In this document: positions 7,742 to 17,205 of the stretch, in pieces | How positions within the stretch are numbered: position 1 is the first letter of the stretch | Layout of the letters: the number at the start of each line of letters is the position of its first letter | Assembly: GCA_040381795.1 (NCBI GenBank) | Contig: JBEIGR010000001.1 | Span: 1 to 41,204, forward strand | DNA length: 41,204 nt | Source of the DNA: Verrucomicrobiaceae bacterium | Lineage (GTDB): Bacteria > Verrucomicrobiota > Verrucomicrobiia > Verrucomicrobiales > Verrucomicrobiaceae | Direction of reading: 5' to 3' | Translations under genes and position numbers: made by a program | The notes under the pieces: model-generated | Told to the model about the DNA's origin: nothing | Seen by the model: only the letters and a program-made list of their open reading frames with translations | Database searches by the model: none

Positions 7742-9004
7742 TCAAATCTCCGTCCCCGGCTCCGGCTCGCCCTTGAAGGTGCCGGTGCCGACGAGTCGCT
7801 CAAAGATAGGTGAGGCCATCAGGGTCGTGATGACCGCCATGATCGCCAGCATGGCAAAAATCTCTGCGGAGATGATGCCCTTTTGCAGGCCGATGTTGAT
7901 GATGATCAGCTCCATCAGGCCGCGTGCATTCATGAGCACGCCGATGCCCATCGCCTCCTTGTTGGAGATGCCGGAGGCGCGTGCAGCGGCCCAGCAGGCC
8001 ACGCCTTTGCCTAGAATAGCCGCCGCGAGCACCGCGCCGCAGATCAGCCAGAGCGTGCCGCTATTCAACAGGCCCAGGCGTGTATTGAGGCCGGAGTAGG
8101 TGAAGAAGAGCGGCAGGATCAGCGCCACGGCCAGCGGCTGCGTGCGCTCGATCAGTGTGCGGTTCACCACACCGCGCGGCATGGCGCTGCCCATGATGAA
8201 GGCTCCAAACACCGCGTGCAGCTCGATATAATCCGTCCACCACGAACCGAAGCACATCAGCGCCAAAAAGAAGGCATACTCTCCATCGCTCAGCTTGCCA
8301 CGGGCTTCGATACCTTTGGCGTAGCGGGCCAAAATTGGCCGGATGATTATATGAGCCAGCAGCACATAGCCGATGCCGCCGCCGATGCTCAGCACGGCGT
8401 GAGAAAAATCACCGCTGAAGCTAGCTAGCACTACCGCCAGCATGCCCCAGGCCGCCGCGTCGTCGATCGCCCCCGCACCGATGGCCACGGTGCCCATCGT
8501 GGTGCCCGCCAGGCCTTTGAAATGAATGATTCGCGCCAGCATCGGGAAGGCCGTGATGCACATCGAGGCCCCCATGAAGATCATCGCGTTCTGCATTGAG
8601 GTAGCCTTTGGAAAGAGCGTGGTGTGATTCCAGAACGCCCACCCAAGGATCGCACCCAGCACAAACGGAGCCGCCATGCCGGCAAAGCTCACCGCCATCG
8701 AGCTCTTGAAGCGCTTCCGCACGATGTCGATGCGGAACTCCAGGCCCACGATGAACATGTACAAAGCGAGTCCGAGCTGCGACACGGGGAAGAGCACCTT
8801 CATCGACTCCTTGGGAAACAAGGCCTCGCCCCATGCCGGAGCGAACAACCCGAGCAACGATGGCCCCATGCACACTCCCGCGATCATTTCCGCCACCACC
8901 TGCGGCTGGCCGAAACGGGCCGCGATGATGCCCACGACACGGCAAACCAAGAGGATGACGCCGAGTTGAAGGAAGAACTGGATGGCTAGCTGGAGGTTCG
9001 TCAT
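7742..9004 (-). CDS. Cation:proton antiporter, CPA2 family
   Basis: Multiple TM helices with QPQVVAEMIAG, ITAFPMLARI, AIDD and LMNARGLMELI motifs. Confidence 0.92.
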   Translation of the reverse strand: MTNLQLAIQFFLQLGVILLVCRVVGIIAARFGQPQVVAEMIAGVCMGPSLLGLFAPAWGEALFPKESMKVLFPVSQLGLALYMFIVGLEFRIDIVRKRFKSSMAVSFAGMAAPFVLGAILGWAFWNHTTLFPKATSMQNAMIFMGASMCITAFPMLARIIHFKGLAGTTMGTVAIGAGAIDDAAAWGMLAVVLASFSGDFSHAVLSIGGGIGYVLLAHIIIRPILARYAKGIEARGKLSDGEYAFFLALMCFGSWWTDYIELHAVFGAFIMGSAMPRGVVNRTLIERTQPLAVALILPLFFTYSGLNTRLGLLNSGTLWLICGAVLAAAILGKGVACWAAARASGISNKEAMGIGVLMNARGLMELIIINIGLQKGIISAEIFAMLAIMAVITTLMASPIFERLVGTGTFKGEPEPGTEI

Positions 9005-9010
9005 GAGAGA

Positions 9011-10312
9011 TCAGTAGTTTAATGTGAGCATCAGATAGGCAAAATCGGCGTCGCTGCTCGCACCGGTATCAGCGAGGTAGGAGCCGGCAAAGAAACGCGA
9101 ATAGCCAAACAGCATGTCGAGGTGTTGGTCGAGCTTGGCTTGCACGGTGAAATCGAGTTCGCAGCCCGCGTGACGGCTCGCGTTCGGATTGATGCCGCGC
9201 ACACGAGCCGTGCCATTGGCGCGATACCAGGCATCGCCGGTCGTGGCGAGCCAGAAGGCGTGAAAATCAAGCGTCGTTTTCACTTTTGCATGCGGCTGGG
9301 CTGCGAGCCTCAGCGCCACATTGTGCATGTTCTGCCACGAAAAGGTGTCCATGAAGCCATATGGCGGATGATTCGTGGGGAAGAGGTTTTGAAAGGTGTT
9401 CACGCGTCCGTCATTCGGATCGCTGTCGCCGGTGCCAAAGCTGTATTCGAGCGCCAGACGTGGCTTCCACGTCGATTTGAGCCAGTTGTAACCCGCTTCG
9501 AGATGATGCGCATAGGCTCGTAGCGCCTTTCCTCCCACACGACCTGCCTGCCCGGCAAATTCCGCTGTGTAATCCCAACCCGCGAGCTTCAGCGGATCGC
9601 CCTTCCAGCGTGTGCCGAGCGTCACGAAGTCATTCCCACCTGCGAAAGACTCCTCGTGCAGATGAAAGGCATACAGATCGGTCGACTGAAAGGGGAGCCA
9701 GGCCGTGTTGCTATAATAAAGGCCGCTGAAGAACTGGTTTCGCACATCACCATTGCCCAGCCAGTCGCTGCGATTGAACTCGGACTCATGATTGCGCACC
9801 ACGCTGGAGGTAAAAGCATCCAGCCACCAGCCCTCCCGCTGCACATGCAGCTTCATCGCATCGAAGGTGCGGCTGAAGTTCAGCCACTCCAGCGGTCCTA
9901 CGAGTCGCTCATCGCCATACGCCAGCACCTGACGGCCGAGCTTCACACTCAAACGCGAGGGATTTCCCAGTTCGATGCTCGCTAGCCGCAGATCAAAGGC
10001 ATCATCGCCCTCCGCGCCGTTTTGCAGCGGAATATCTGCCCGCTTGGAGAAGCTCTCGCGCACATCCTGCGCCTGCACCGCCACCCGCAGCCATTCCACC
10101 GGCTGCCATTCCACACCCAGGCGCAGTCGAGTGAGTAGCCACGAGTCATCCGTCAACGCCGAGCGGCTGGAATCAAAGTCATACACATTCCGCCGCATCT
10201 CACCGCGTGCCCTGGCCTGGAAATTCCACTTCAGCGAATCGCCAATGCCTTCCGCCACCGCGGAAAGCGTGGTGGCGATCAATAGGCAAAGCGTGAGGCG
10301 TTTCTGAAACAT
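9011..10312 (-). CDS. Alginate export (AlgE-like) outer-membrane beta-barrel protein
   Basis: Signal peptide, LLTRLRLG, LGRQVLAYGDERLVG, TFQNLFPTNH and a C-terminal YLMLTLNY. An alternative start is at 10339. Confidence 0.85.
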   Translation of the reverse strand: MFQKRLTLCLLIATTLSAVAEGIGDSLKWNFQARARGEMRRNVYDFDSSRSALTDDSWLLTRLRLGVEWQPVEWLRVAVQAQDVRESFSKRADIPLQNGAEGDDAFDLRLASIELGNPSRLSVKLGRQVLAYGDERLVGPLEWLNFSRTFDAMKLHVQREGWWLDAFTSSVVRNHESEFNRSDWLGNGDVRNQFFSGLYYSNTAWLPFQSTDLYAFHLHEESFAGGNDFVTLGTRWKGDPLKLAGWDYTAEFAGQAGRVGGKALRAYAHHLEAGYNWLKSTWKPRLALEYSFGTGDSDPNDGRVNTFQNLFPTNHPPYGFMDTFSWQNMHNVALRLAAQPHAKVKTTLDFHAFWLATTGDAWYRANGTARVRGINPNASRHAGCELDFTVQAKLDQHLDMLFGYSRFFAGSYLADTGASSDADFAYLMLTLNY

Positions 10313-10441
10313 ATACTTTCTAGCTGCGACGGTTTCCATCCGAACGAAAATAGACTTTCGCTATGGTTTCGATGCCTCCGCGTTATGCGAAGCCATCCTC
10401 TCCGCAAGGTGTGCCCCTTCTCAACGTAGTGGTGGGGCCTC

Positions 10442-12691
10442 ATGAAAGCCTTGCCACCAGCCTTGTTCCTGCTCACCGCCCTCGCGGCAGGTGCGGACAT
10501 GACACCGGACCAGCGAGCCTTCTTTGAGTCGAAGATCCGGCCTGTGCTCGTGAAGCAGTGCTACGAGTGCCATTCGCAGGCCTCGAAAAAGCTCGGTGGC
10601 AAGCTCCTGCTCGATGCGCCCTCCGAAATGATCGCGGGCGGCGAATCCGGGCCCGCCGTCATTCCCGGCAAGCCGGATGAAAGCCTCATCGTGCAAGCCG
10701 TGCGCTACGACGGCCTCGAAATGCCACCGAAGAAGCGACTGCCGGAGCACATCGTGAACGATTTCGCCGAGTGGGTCAAAATGGGCGCACCTGATCCGCG
10801 CACCGAAGCGCCGAATATCGTCAAAAAAGCCCCGCAGGAGCCCTTATGGTCCCTCAAGCCTATTGCCGACCCCAAGCCGCCTTCCGTGAAAAATGCCTCT
10901 TGGCCACGCCAAAGCCTCGACGCCTTCGTTTTGGCCAAAATCGAGCAAAACGGCCTCCAACCCGCCCCCGATGCCGAAGCAGCCAGTTTGAAGCGCCGCC
11001 TTTCCTTCGATCTCATCGGCCTCCCCCCTGATTCGACCGATCCGTCCGATCCGACAGATCCTTCCTATATAGAGAGGCTCCTCCAAAGCCCCCACTTCGG
11101 CGAAAAATGGGGCCGCCACTGGCTCGATGTGGCCCGTTACGCCGAATCCAACGGCAACGACGGTCTCAGCCGTAATCCCAGCTTCCCGCACGCGTGGCGT
11201 TATCGCGATTACGTCATCCGCGCCTTCAATGAAGACCTGCCGTATGATCGCTTCATCGCCGAGCAGATCACCGGAGATCTACTGCCTGCGGATTCGCCCG
11301 CGCAGCGGGACCGTCAGCTCATCGCCACCGGCCTGCTCGCGCTCGGCGCCAAGCCTGCGAAGGCCATGAACGAGAACTTCGAGATGGATGTCATCGCCGA
11401 TCAGATCAACGTCATCGGCAGCGGCATCCTCGGTCTCAGCGTCGGCTGCGCACGCTGCCACGATCACAAGACCGATCCCATCCCCACACGTGATTACTAC
11501 GCGCTCGCCGGCATTTTCAAAAGCTCCGAGACGATGTGGGGTGCCGCCGCGCATCAGGGCCTTACCGCGCCGCAGACACCGCTGCATGAGCTTCAAGCCG
11601 CCGACAAATTCATCCCACGCTCCGTGTTGGAGCCGATCCTCAGAGCCAATCCGCCTCATCGTACGCCCGCGAAGCCCTCCTTCGCCTACAAGGCCGATGC
11701 GCCGCTCGCCATGGGCCTGCGCGACGCCAAAAAGATCGAAGACTGCAAACTCAACATCGACGGCGAATCCAAGAAACTCGGCGCAGCTATCCCCCGCGGC
11801 TTTCTGAGTGCCTGTGGCGGCGGCACCGTCACCGATTTGAAGCAAAGCGGACGCCTCGAACTTGCGAAGTGGCTCACCAGCCCGCAAAACCCGCTCACCG
11901 CCCGCGTCTTCGTGAATCGCGTCTGGCTCCAACTCTTCGGCGAAGGCCTCGTGACCACACCGAATGACTTCGGCCTCTCCGGCGAGCGCCCCACGCATCC
12001 TGGGCTCCTCGATCACCTCGCCACCCGCTTCATTCGCGAAGGCTGGAGCATCAAAAAACTCATCCGCAGCATCGTTCTGAGCCGCACCTATCAAATGGCC
12101 TCGCGCAGCGGCGATGCGCCTTGGCTCTCGCATCACCTCCGTCGCCGTCTCGATGCTGAAACGATCCGCGACACGATGCTTTTCGCCACGGGCGATCTGA
12201 ATCCGCAGCCCGCGAGCGGTTCGCTCATCCAGCATCGCGATGTGCTCATCAATGAGCTGCCCTCCCTGCATCAGCCGAGCAATCAGCGCAGCATCTACCT
12301 GCTCATGCTGCGCAATTCGATGCCGCCCGAGCTCACGCCCTTCAATTTGCCCGATGCGACCACCGTCGTCGCCCAACGCGACAGCTCCGCACTCGCTACG
12401 CAATCGCTTTATCTGCTGAACAATAACTTCGTCATCGAGCAATCCCGCCGCTTCGCCAAGCGACTGCTTCAAACTCCTGCCGAGGTCGAAAAACGCATCG
12501 ACGCGTCCTATCGCCATGCTTTGGGCCGCGACGCCACCGCTGCCGAACTCCAGCGCGGCCTCGATTTCCTCCGCGAGGCCGATTCGATGCTCGTCTCGAT
12601 GCAAACCGATCACCCACGCCGCGAACTCGACACTTGGGCCGCCTTTTGTCAGGCCCTGCTCGCCAGCAATGAACTGCGCTATGTGGATTGA
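10442..12691 (+). CDS. PSD1 / planctomycete cytochrome c protein (PSCyt1, DUF1549, DUF1553)
   Basis: Signal peptide, FFESKIRPVL..CYECH, GEKWGRHWLDVARYAES, CARCHDHK, NPLTARVFVNRVW and RRLDAE motifs. Confidence 0.93.
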   Translation: MKALPPALFLLTALAAGADMTPDQRAFFESKIRPVLVKQCYECHSQASKKLGGKLLLDAPSEMIAGGESGPAVIPGKPDESLIVQAVRYDGLEMPPKKRLPEHIVNDFAEWVKMGAPDPRTEAPNIVKKAPQEPLWSLKPIADPKPPSVKNASWPRQSLDAFVLAKIEQNGLQPAPDAEAASLKRRLSFDLIGLPPDSTDPSDPTDPSYIERLLQSPHFGEKWGRHWLDVARYAESNGNDGLSRNPSFPHAWRYRDYVIRAFNEDLPYDRFIAEQITGDLLPADSPAQRDRQLIATGLLALGAKPAKAMNENFEMDVIADQINVIGSGILGLSVGCARCHDHKTDPIPTRDYYALAGIFKSSETMWGAAAHQGLTAPQTPLHELQAADKFIPRSVLEPILRANPPHRTPAKPSFAYKADAPLAMGLRDAKKIEDCKLNIDGESKKLGAAIPRGFLSACGGGTVTDLKQSGRLELAKWLTSPQNPLTARVFVNRVWLQLFGEGLVTTPNDFGLSGERPTHPGLLDHLATRFIREGWSIKKLIRSIVLSRTYQMASRSGDAPWLSHHLRRRLDAETIRDTMLFATGDLNPQPASGSLIQHRDVLINELPSLHQPSNQRSIYLLMLRNSMPPELTPFNLPDATTVVAQRDSSALATQSLYLLNNNFVIEQSRRFAKRLLQTPAEVEKRIDASYRHALGRDATAAELQRGLDFLREADSMLVSMQTDHPRRELDTWAAFCQALLASNELRYVD
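11033..11068 (+). repeat. In-frame 9-mer tandem repeat (STD-PSD-PTD-PSY)
   Basis: tcgaccgat ccgtccgat ccgacagat ccttcctat, starting one codon after GLPP. Confidence 0.8.
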
Positions 12692-14714
12692 GCGTCTCAT
12701 CATCGCCGCTGCCCTCGCGATCCACGCCCACGCCGCGGACTTCACGCGTGTCGTGCGGCCCATCCTCGCGTCGAAATGCTACGCCTGCCACGGTCCTGAC
12801 GAGGAAAGCCGCGAGGCCGATCTGCGCCTCGACATGCCCGCGAAGCATTTCGACACCAAAACCTTCCTCGACCGCATCACGACCTCGAATCCCGACGACG
12901 TGATGCCACCGCCCAAATCCCCCAAACCGCTCACCGCCGCCGAAAAAGACGTTTTGCGTCAATGGATCGCCTCAGGGGCCACATACGAACCGCATTGGGC
13001 CTTTCAGCCGATTCGCCGTCCGACGTCTCATCACGACATCGACAGATTCATCCGCGCTGAATTGACCAAACACGGCCTTCAGCCCGCCCTGCGTGCGGAT
13101 TCCACCACGCTCATCCGTCGCCTCTACCTCGATCTCATCGGCCTGCCTCCTCCATCGAACCTATCCGTCCCATCAGACCTATCGGACTCATCTTACGCCG
13201 CCCTCGTGGACCGCCTTCTCTCTGATCCCCGCTTCGGTGAACGCTGGGGCCGCCACTGGCTCGACATGGCCCGCTACGCCGACTCGAATGGCTTCCTCGG
13301 TGACGGTCTCCGCCCCAACGCCTACCGCTACCGCGATTGGGTCATCCAGGCCTTCAACGAAGACATGCCGTATGATGAGTTCACCCTCGCCCAAATCGCC
13401 GGAGACCTCACCGATGCGCCCGCAGGAACCGGCTTCCACCGGAACGCCGCGCTCAACACCGAGGCCGGTGTCGATAAAGAAGAAGCGCGTTACCAAAACC
13501 TCGTCGATCGCGTCAACACCACCGCTCGCGTGTGGATGGGCCTCACCATCGGCTGTGCGCAGTGCCACACGCACAAATACGATCCGATCACCATCCGCGA
13601 TTACTACAGCTTCTACGCCTTCTTCGACAACACCGAGGACCGCGACGACGCCAAGACGAAAGCGCCACTCCTCACTGAAGTCTCCAAAGATCGTCGCCAG
13701 ACCTACGTCCATCTCGCCGGCGACTACACCCGCCGCGGCCCCGATGTCATGCCCGCCACGCTTTCCGCGCTGCCCGCTCAAGCAGGCAACACGCGTCTCG
13801 AACTCGCCAAGTGGCTCGTTTCACCAAAAAACCCGCTCACCGCCCGCGTCGCCGTGAATCACCTCTGGAGCAAGCTCTTCGGCTACGGCCTCGTGCGCAC
13901 GCCGGACGACTTCGGCACCAGCGGCGAAGCCCCCAGCCATCCCGAACTCCTCGACTGGCTCGCCACCGACTTCATGCGCAATGGCTGGAGCCGCAAACAG
14001 CTCATCAAGCGCATCGTGATGAGCGAGACGTATCGTCAAGCCTCACATCATCCGTCAGATCGGTCCGATCAGACCGATCCTCTGAATAAACTCCTCTCCC
14101 GCCAAAACCGCGTCCGCCTCGACGCCGAAATCCTCCGCGATTCCGCCCTCGCCGTCAGCGGCCTTCTCAAACCCACCATCGGCGGCCCCAGCTTTCGCCC
14201 GCCTCTGCCCGAAGACGTCTTCGACGTCGGCCGCTCCTCCAACTGGCAGGCCAGCCCTGGCGATGAAATCTACCGCCGCAGCCTTTACATCATCACGCTA
14301 CGCAGCGTGCTCTATCCCACGCTCACCACCTTCGATGCTCCGGACGCCGCCGATGCCTGCGTGCGCCGCGAACGCTCCAACACGCCGCTGCAAGCCCTCA
14401 CCATGATGAACGAAGGCGTCTTCGTCGAAGCCGCTCAATCCCTCGCCCTCCACGCCATGCGCCAAGGCAACAACCGGCTCGAAAAGCTCTTCCGCCTCGT
14501 CTTGAACCGCGAACCACGCCCCGAGGAGCTTTCCCGCCTGCAAACCTTCCACGCCGAACAAAAAGCCCGCGTTCAAAGCGGAGGCCAAGAGGCTCTCCAA
14601 GTGCTCGGAGCACATCAAAAAGCCATCTCACCTGCCCAAGCCATCGAAGCTGCCACGCTCGTCGCCGTAGCCCGTGTGCTGATGAATCTAGATGAGTTCA
14701 TCAATCGCGAGTGA
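12681..14714 (+). CDS. Second PSD1 / planctomycete cytochrome c protein
   Basis: Start MWIERLII overlaps the upstream stop. Carries CYACHGPD, GERWGRHWLDMARYADS, CAQCHTHK, SNTPLQAL and NLDEFINRE motifs. Confidence 0.93.
   Translation: MWIERLIIAAALAIHAHAADFTRVVRPILASKCYACHGPDEESREADLRLDMPAKHFDTKTFLDRITTSNPDDVMPPPKSPKPLTAAEKDVLRQWIASGATYEPHWAFQPIRRPTSHHDIDRFIRAELTKHGLQPALRADSTTLIRRLYLDLIGLPPPSNLSVPSDLSDSSYAALVDRLLSDPRFGERWGRHWLDMARYADSNGFLGDGLRPNAYRYRDWVIQAFNEDMPYDEFTLAQIAGDLTDAPAGTGFHRNAALNTEAGVDKEEARYQNLVDRVNTTARVWMGLTIGCAQCHTHKYDPITIRDYYSFYAFFDNTEDRDDAKTKAPLLTEVSKDRRQTYVHLAGDYTRRGPDVMPATLSALPAQAGNTRLELAKWLVSPKNPLTARVAVNHLWSKLFGYGLVRTPDDFGTSGEAPSHPELLDWLATDFMRNGWSRKQLIKRIVMSETYRQASHHPSDRSDQTDPLNKLLSRQNRVRLDAEILRDSALAVSGLLKPTIGGPSFRPPLPEDVFDVGRSSNWQASPGDEIYRRSLYIITLRSVLYPTLTTFDAPDAADACVRRERSNTPLQALTMMNEGVFVEAAQSLALHAMRQGNNRLEKLFRLVLNREPRPEELSRLQTFHAEQKARVQSGGQEALQVLGAHQKAISPAQAIEAATLVAVARVLMNLDEFINRE
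13152..13196 (+). repeat. In-frame 9-mer tandem repeat (PSN-LSV-PSD-LSD-SSY)
   Basis: ccatcgaac ctatccgtc ccatcagac ctatcggac tcatcttac directly after GLPP, using codons (cta, tca, cca) that are rare elsewhere in the gene. Confidence 0.75.
14052..14081 (+). repeat. In-frame 9-mer tandem repeat (PSD-RSD-QTD-P)
   Basis: ccgtcagat cggtccgat cagaccgat cct, between TYRQAS and the N-x-LL motif. Confidence 0.75.
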
Positions 14715-14726
14715 ACGCGAGGTGGA

Positions 14727-15872
14727 TCACAACTGCGGCGTCCAGCGGTGCTTGCGGCGGATGACGGGGAGGTCTTCGCGGCGGAGGTGGACACCTTGAC
14801 GGTGGATGTTGATCAGGATGCCGATGGCGATCATCGCGGCGAGTAGACTGGAGCCACCGTAGCTCACGAAGGGCAGGGGAAGCCCTTTGTTGGGCAGCAA
14901 AGCCGTCGTCACGCCCATGTTGAGAAGAGCCTCCATGCCGAGCAGGAAGGTGAGGCCACTGCCTAGGAGTTTACCGAAGCGGTTCGGTGCATACGCAGCC
15001 ACCATGAAGCCGCTCATGACGAGCACGGCAAAGCCGAGCACGGTGCCCGCAGTGCCGCGGAGGCCGAGTTCCTCGCCCACCATGGGGAAGATGAAGTCGG
15101 TGTGCGCTTCGGGTAGGTAGGAGAGCTTCATGCGGCCTTCGCCGAGGCCGCGTCCATCCAGGCCACCGGAGCCAAAGGCGAGCTTCGAAACCCACTGCTG
15201 GAGGCCGAGCTTGTCCTTGTTGCCTTCGAGATCAAAAAGCACCATCACGCGTTCGAAGCGGTTCGGGAGGAATTTGATGCCAGCAGCGAGTCCGCCGCCG
15301 ACGAGCACGACAATGACAGCCAGGTAGCGCAGCTTGGTTCCCGCCACGAACATCACGCCAAGGCCCACGACGGAGGCGAGCAAGGCGCTGCCGAGGTCGA
15401 ACTCGCACCCGATGAGGCCCACGATCCCCATGAGGACGAGACCGGGCAGCAGGAAGCCGCGCCGGAAGGTGCGGACCATGGTTTCATTCGTCGCAAACCA
15501 GCCCGAGAGCGTGATGAGCAGGGCGATCTTCGCGAATTCGGAGGGCTGAATGCGGAGCGAGCCCATGCCGATCCAGCGGCGGGAGCCATTGATCTTCACG
15601 CCCACACCGGGGATGTAGCAAAGCACGAGCAGCACGGCCGCGCCGATGAGGATGTGCCAGCGCCAGCGCTGCCAGACATTGAAATCAATTATCGCCGCCG
15701 CCCCACAGGCCACGAGCGAGATACCAAGCCAGCTCAACTGCCGCCACACCGTCACATAGTCTTCCGCGCCTTCCTGGGCGACTTCAAACGTCGTGCTCGC
15801 CAGCATCGTGATCCCCAGCGCGAGGAGTCCGATGACGGAAGCAAGAAGCAGGATGATGGAATGGCGGGACAT
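14727..15872 (-). CDS. ftsW: SEDS family peptidoglycan polymerase FtsW
   Basis: NGSRRWI, IQPSEFAK, YLPEAHTDFIF, GEELG and LPFVSYGGSS motifs, in dcw context. Confidence 0.95.
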   Translation of the reverse strand: MSRHSIILLLASVIGLLALGITMLASTTFEVAQEGAEDYVTVWRQLSWLGISLVACGAAAIIDFNVWQRWRWHILIGAAVLLVLCYIPGVGVKINGSRRWIGMGSLRIQPSEFAKIALLITLSGWFATNETMVRTFRRGFLLPGLVLMGIVGLIGCEFDLGSALLASVVGLGVMFVAGTKLRYLAVIVVLVGGGLAAGIKFLPNRFERVMVLFDLEGNKDKLGLQQWVSKLAFGSGGLDGRGLGEGRMKLSYLPEAHTDFIFPMVGEELGLRGTAGTVLGFAVLVMSGFMVAAYAPNRFGKLLGSGLTFLLGMEALLNMGVTTALLPNKGLPLPFVSYGGSSLLAAMIAIGILINIHRQGVHLRREDLPVIRRKHRWTPQL

Positions 15873-15937
15873 GTTTGTAGTTCGGGTTTTAGCCCGCGTT
15901 TGGAGATCATTGAGCGGCTAAAGCCCGAACGACGAAC
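15873..15937. repeat. REP-like inverted doublet filling the LysM-ftsW spacer
   Basis: gtttGTAGttcgggttttagccc ... cggctaaagcccgaacgacgaac are near reverse complements with a GTAG foot. Confidence 0.75.
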
Positions 15938-17155
15938 TTACTTCGCTGGAATCACGAGCTTCATTCCCTCACGCATGGTGTTGGGGTTCTTGATGTTGTT
16001 GGCCTTTTGGATGGCGGCGACGGTGACGCCGTATTTGGAGGCGAGGCGGTAGAGCGTTTCACCGGAGGCGAGGGTGTGGCTCTTGGAGGTTCCTTTGGCG
16101 GCGGGCTTCGGCGGCGTGTCCTTGGTGGACTTTTTCGACGAGGGCTTGGTGGTGGGCGGGGAGTCGGCGAGGCGCTTGGTCATCTGGCTCGGCGTGGGCA
16201 CGGGATTGGGCTTGGCGAGGGGCTTGGGCTCGGGCTTGGCGACGACCTTCTTCGGCTCTGGCTTCGGTTCGGGTTTGGCCTCGACTTTTGACGCACGGGC
16301 GGGAGCGGGTTCGGGTTCAGGCTCCACTTTGGTGGCTGGAGGCGCGTCATTCGCGGCGGCGATGGCTTTTTCGGTTTCGACGGTGGCATTGGCGAGCGCG
16401 GCCATGGCCTCGGGGTTCACGCGGCCGATGATTTGCTGCGCCGGAGCGGCATCGGTGGCAGGCGCGGCGATGGCGGGAGCTTCCGCGGCGGCGCTGAGGC
16501 TATGGCCAATCGGTGCTGACTCACCGGGAGCGAGCAGCGAGATCAGCGCTTCGGAAGCGGTGATGCTGGCAGGCGCATTTTCAGGCCTGACAGACTCACC
16601 TTGCGTCTCTGGCGGTGACTGGCGAGTCATGGCGAGAGCGGTGGCGGTATCGACCGGCACGGCGGAGGGGACAGCCTGCTTGGGCACATTGAGAAGCGTG
16701 CCGGGTTCGATTTGAATGCCTTTATCGAGGCGGTTCATCTCGATGATCTTCTCTTCGGTGGTGCTGTGCTTCTCCGCGATGCTGCGGATGCTATCGCCGG
16801 AGGCCACGGTGTATTGCTCCGTGTCGTTGTCCGGGTTCGCGACGGCATTGGCCTGGGCATTGATGACCTCCTGGCTGGCCTGGGGAAGGCCGGAGGAGCT
16901 CGTCTGCGCACGAGCAGCCTGGGTGATCGTCTGCGCGGGGGATTCCTCCTCGCCCATGAAATCATACACAATGATGCCGCCGATGAGGACGACGTGGATG
17001 AGCAGCATGACCACAAACATGCGGGCCATGCCGGTGTTGGGTTCGTGCTGGTTCCATTCACCTTCGTCAGTGACGAGGGCCACACGATGCTTGTGACGAT
17101 CTCCATCGATCAGTTTGATGATGAGAGAGTCCTTTTTGCTCTTTTTGGTTTTCAT
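15938..17155 (-). CDS. Membrane-anchored protein with two LysM domains and a Pro/Ala/Lys-rich linker
   Basis: One TM segment, a YTVASGDSIRSIA LysM and a C-terminal HTLASGETLYRLASKYGVT LysM. Lies between murD and ftsW, as in other PVC dcw clusters. Confidence 0.88.
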   Translation of the reverse strand: MKTKKSKKDSLIIKLIDGDRHKHRVALVTDEGEWNQHEPNTGMARMFVVMLLIHVVLIGGIIVYDFMGEEESPAQTITQAARAQTSSSGLPQASQEVINAQANAVANPDNDTEQYTVASGDSIRSIAEKHSTTEEKIIEMNRLDKGIQIEPGTLLNVPKQAVPSAVPVDTATALAMTRQSPPETQGESVRPENAPASITASEALISLLAPGESAPIGHSLSAAAEAPAIAAPATDAAPAQQIIGRVNPEAMAALANATVETEKAIAAANDAPPATKVEPEPEPAPARASKVEAKPEPKPEPKKVVAKPEPKPLAKPNPVPTPSQMTKRLADSPPTTKPSSKKSTKDTPPKPAAKGTSKSHTLASGETLYRLASKYGVTVAAIQKANNIKNPNTMREGMKLVIPAK

Positions 17156-17205
17156 GGTGTGCGCTGGGTTCGGGTTGTCTGTTGTGTTGTTGGCTGTTGT
17201 GAAAA

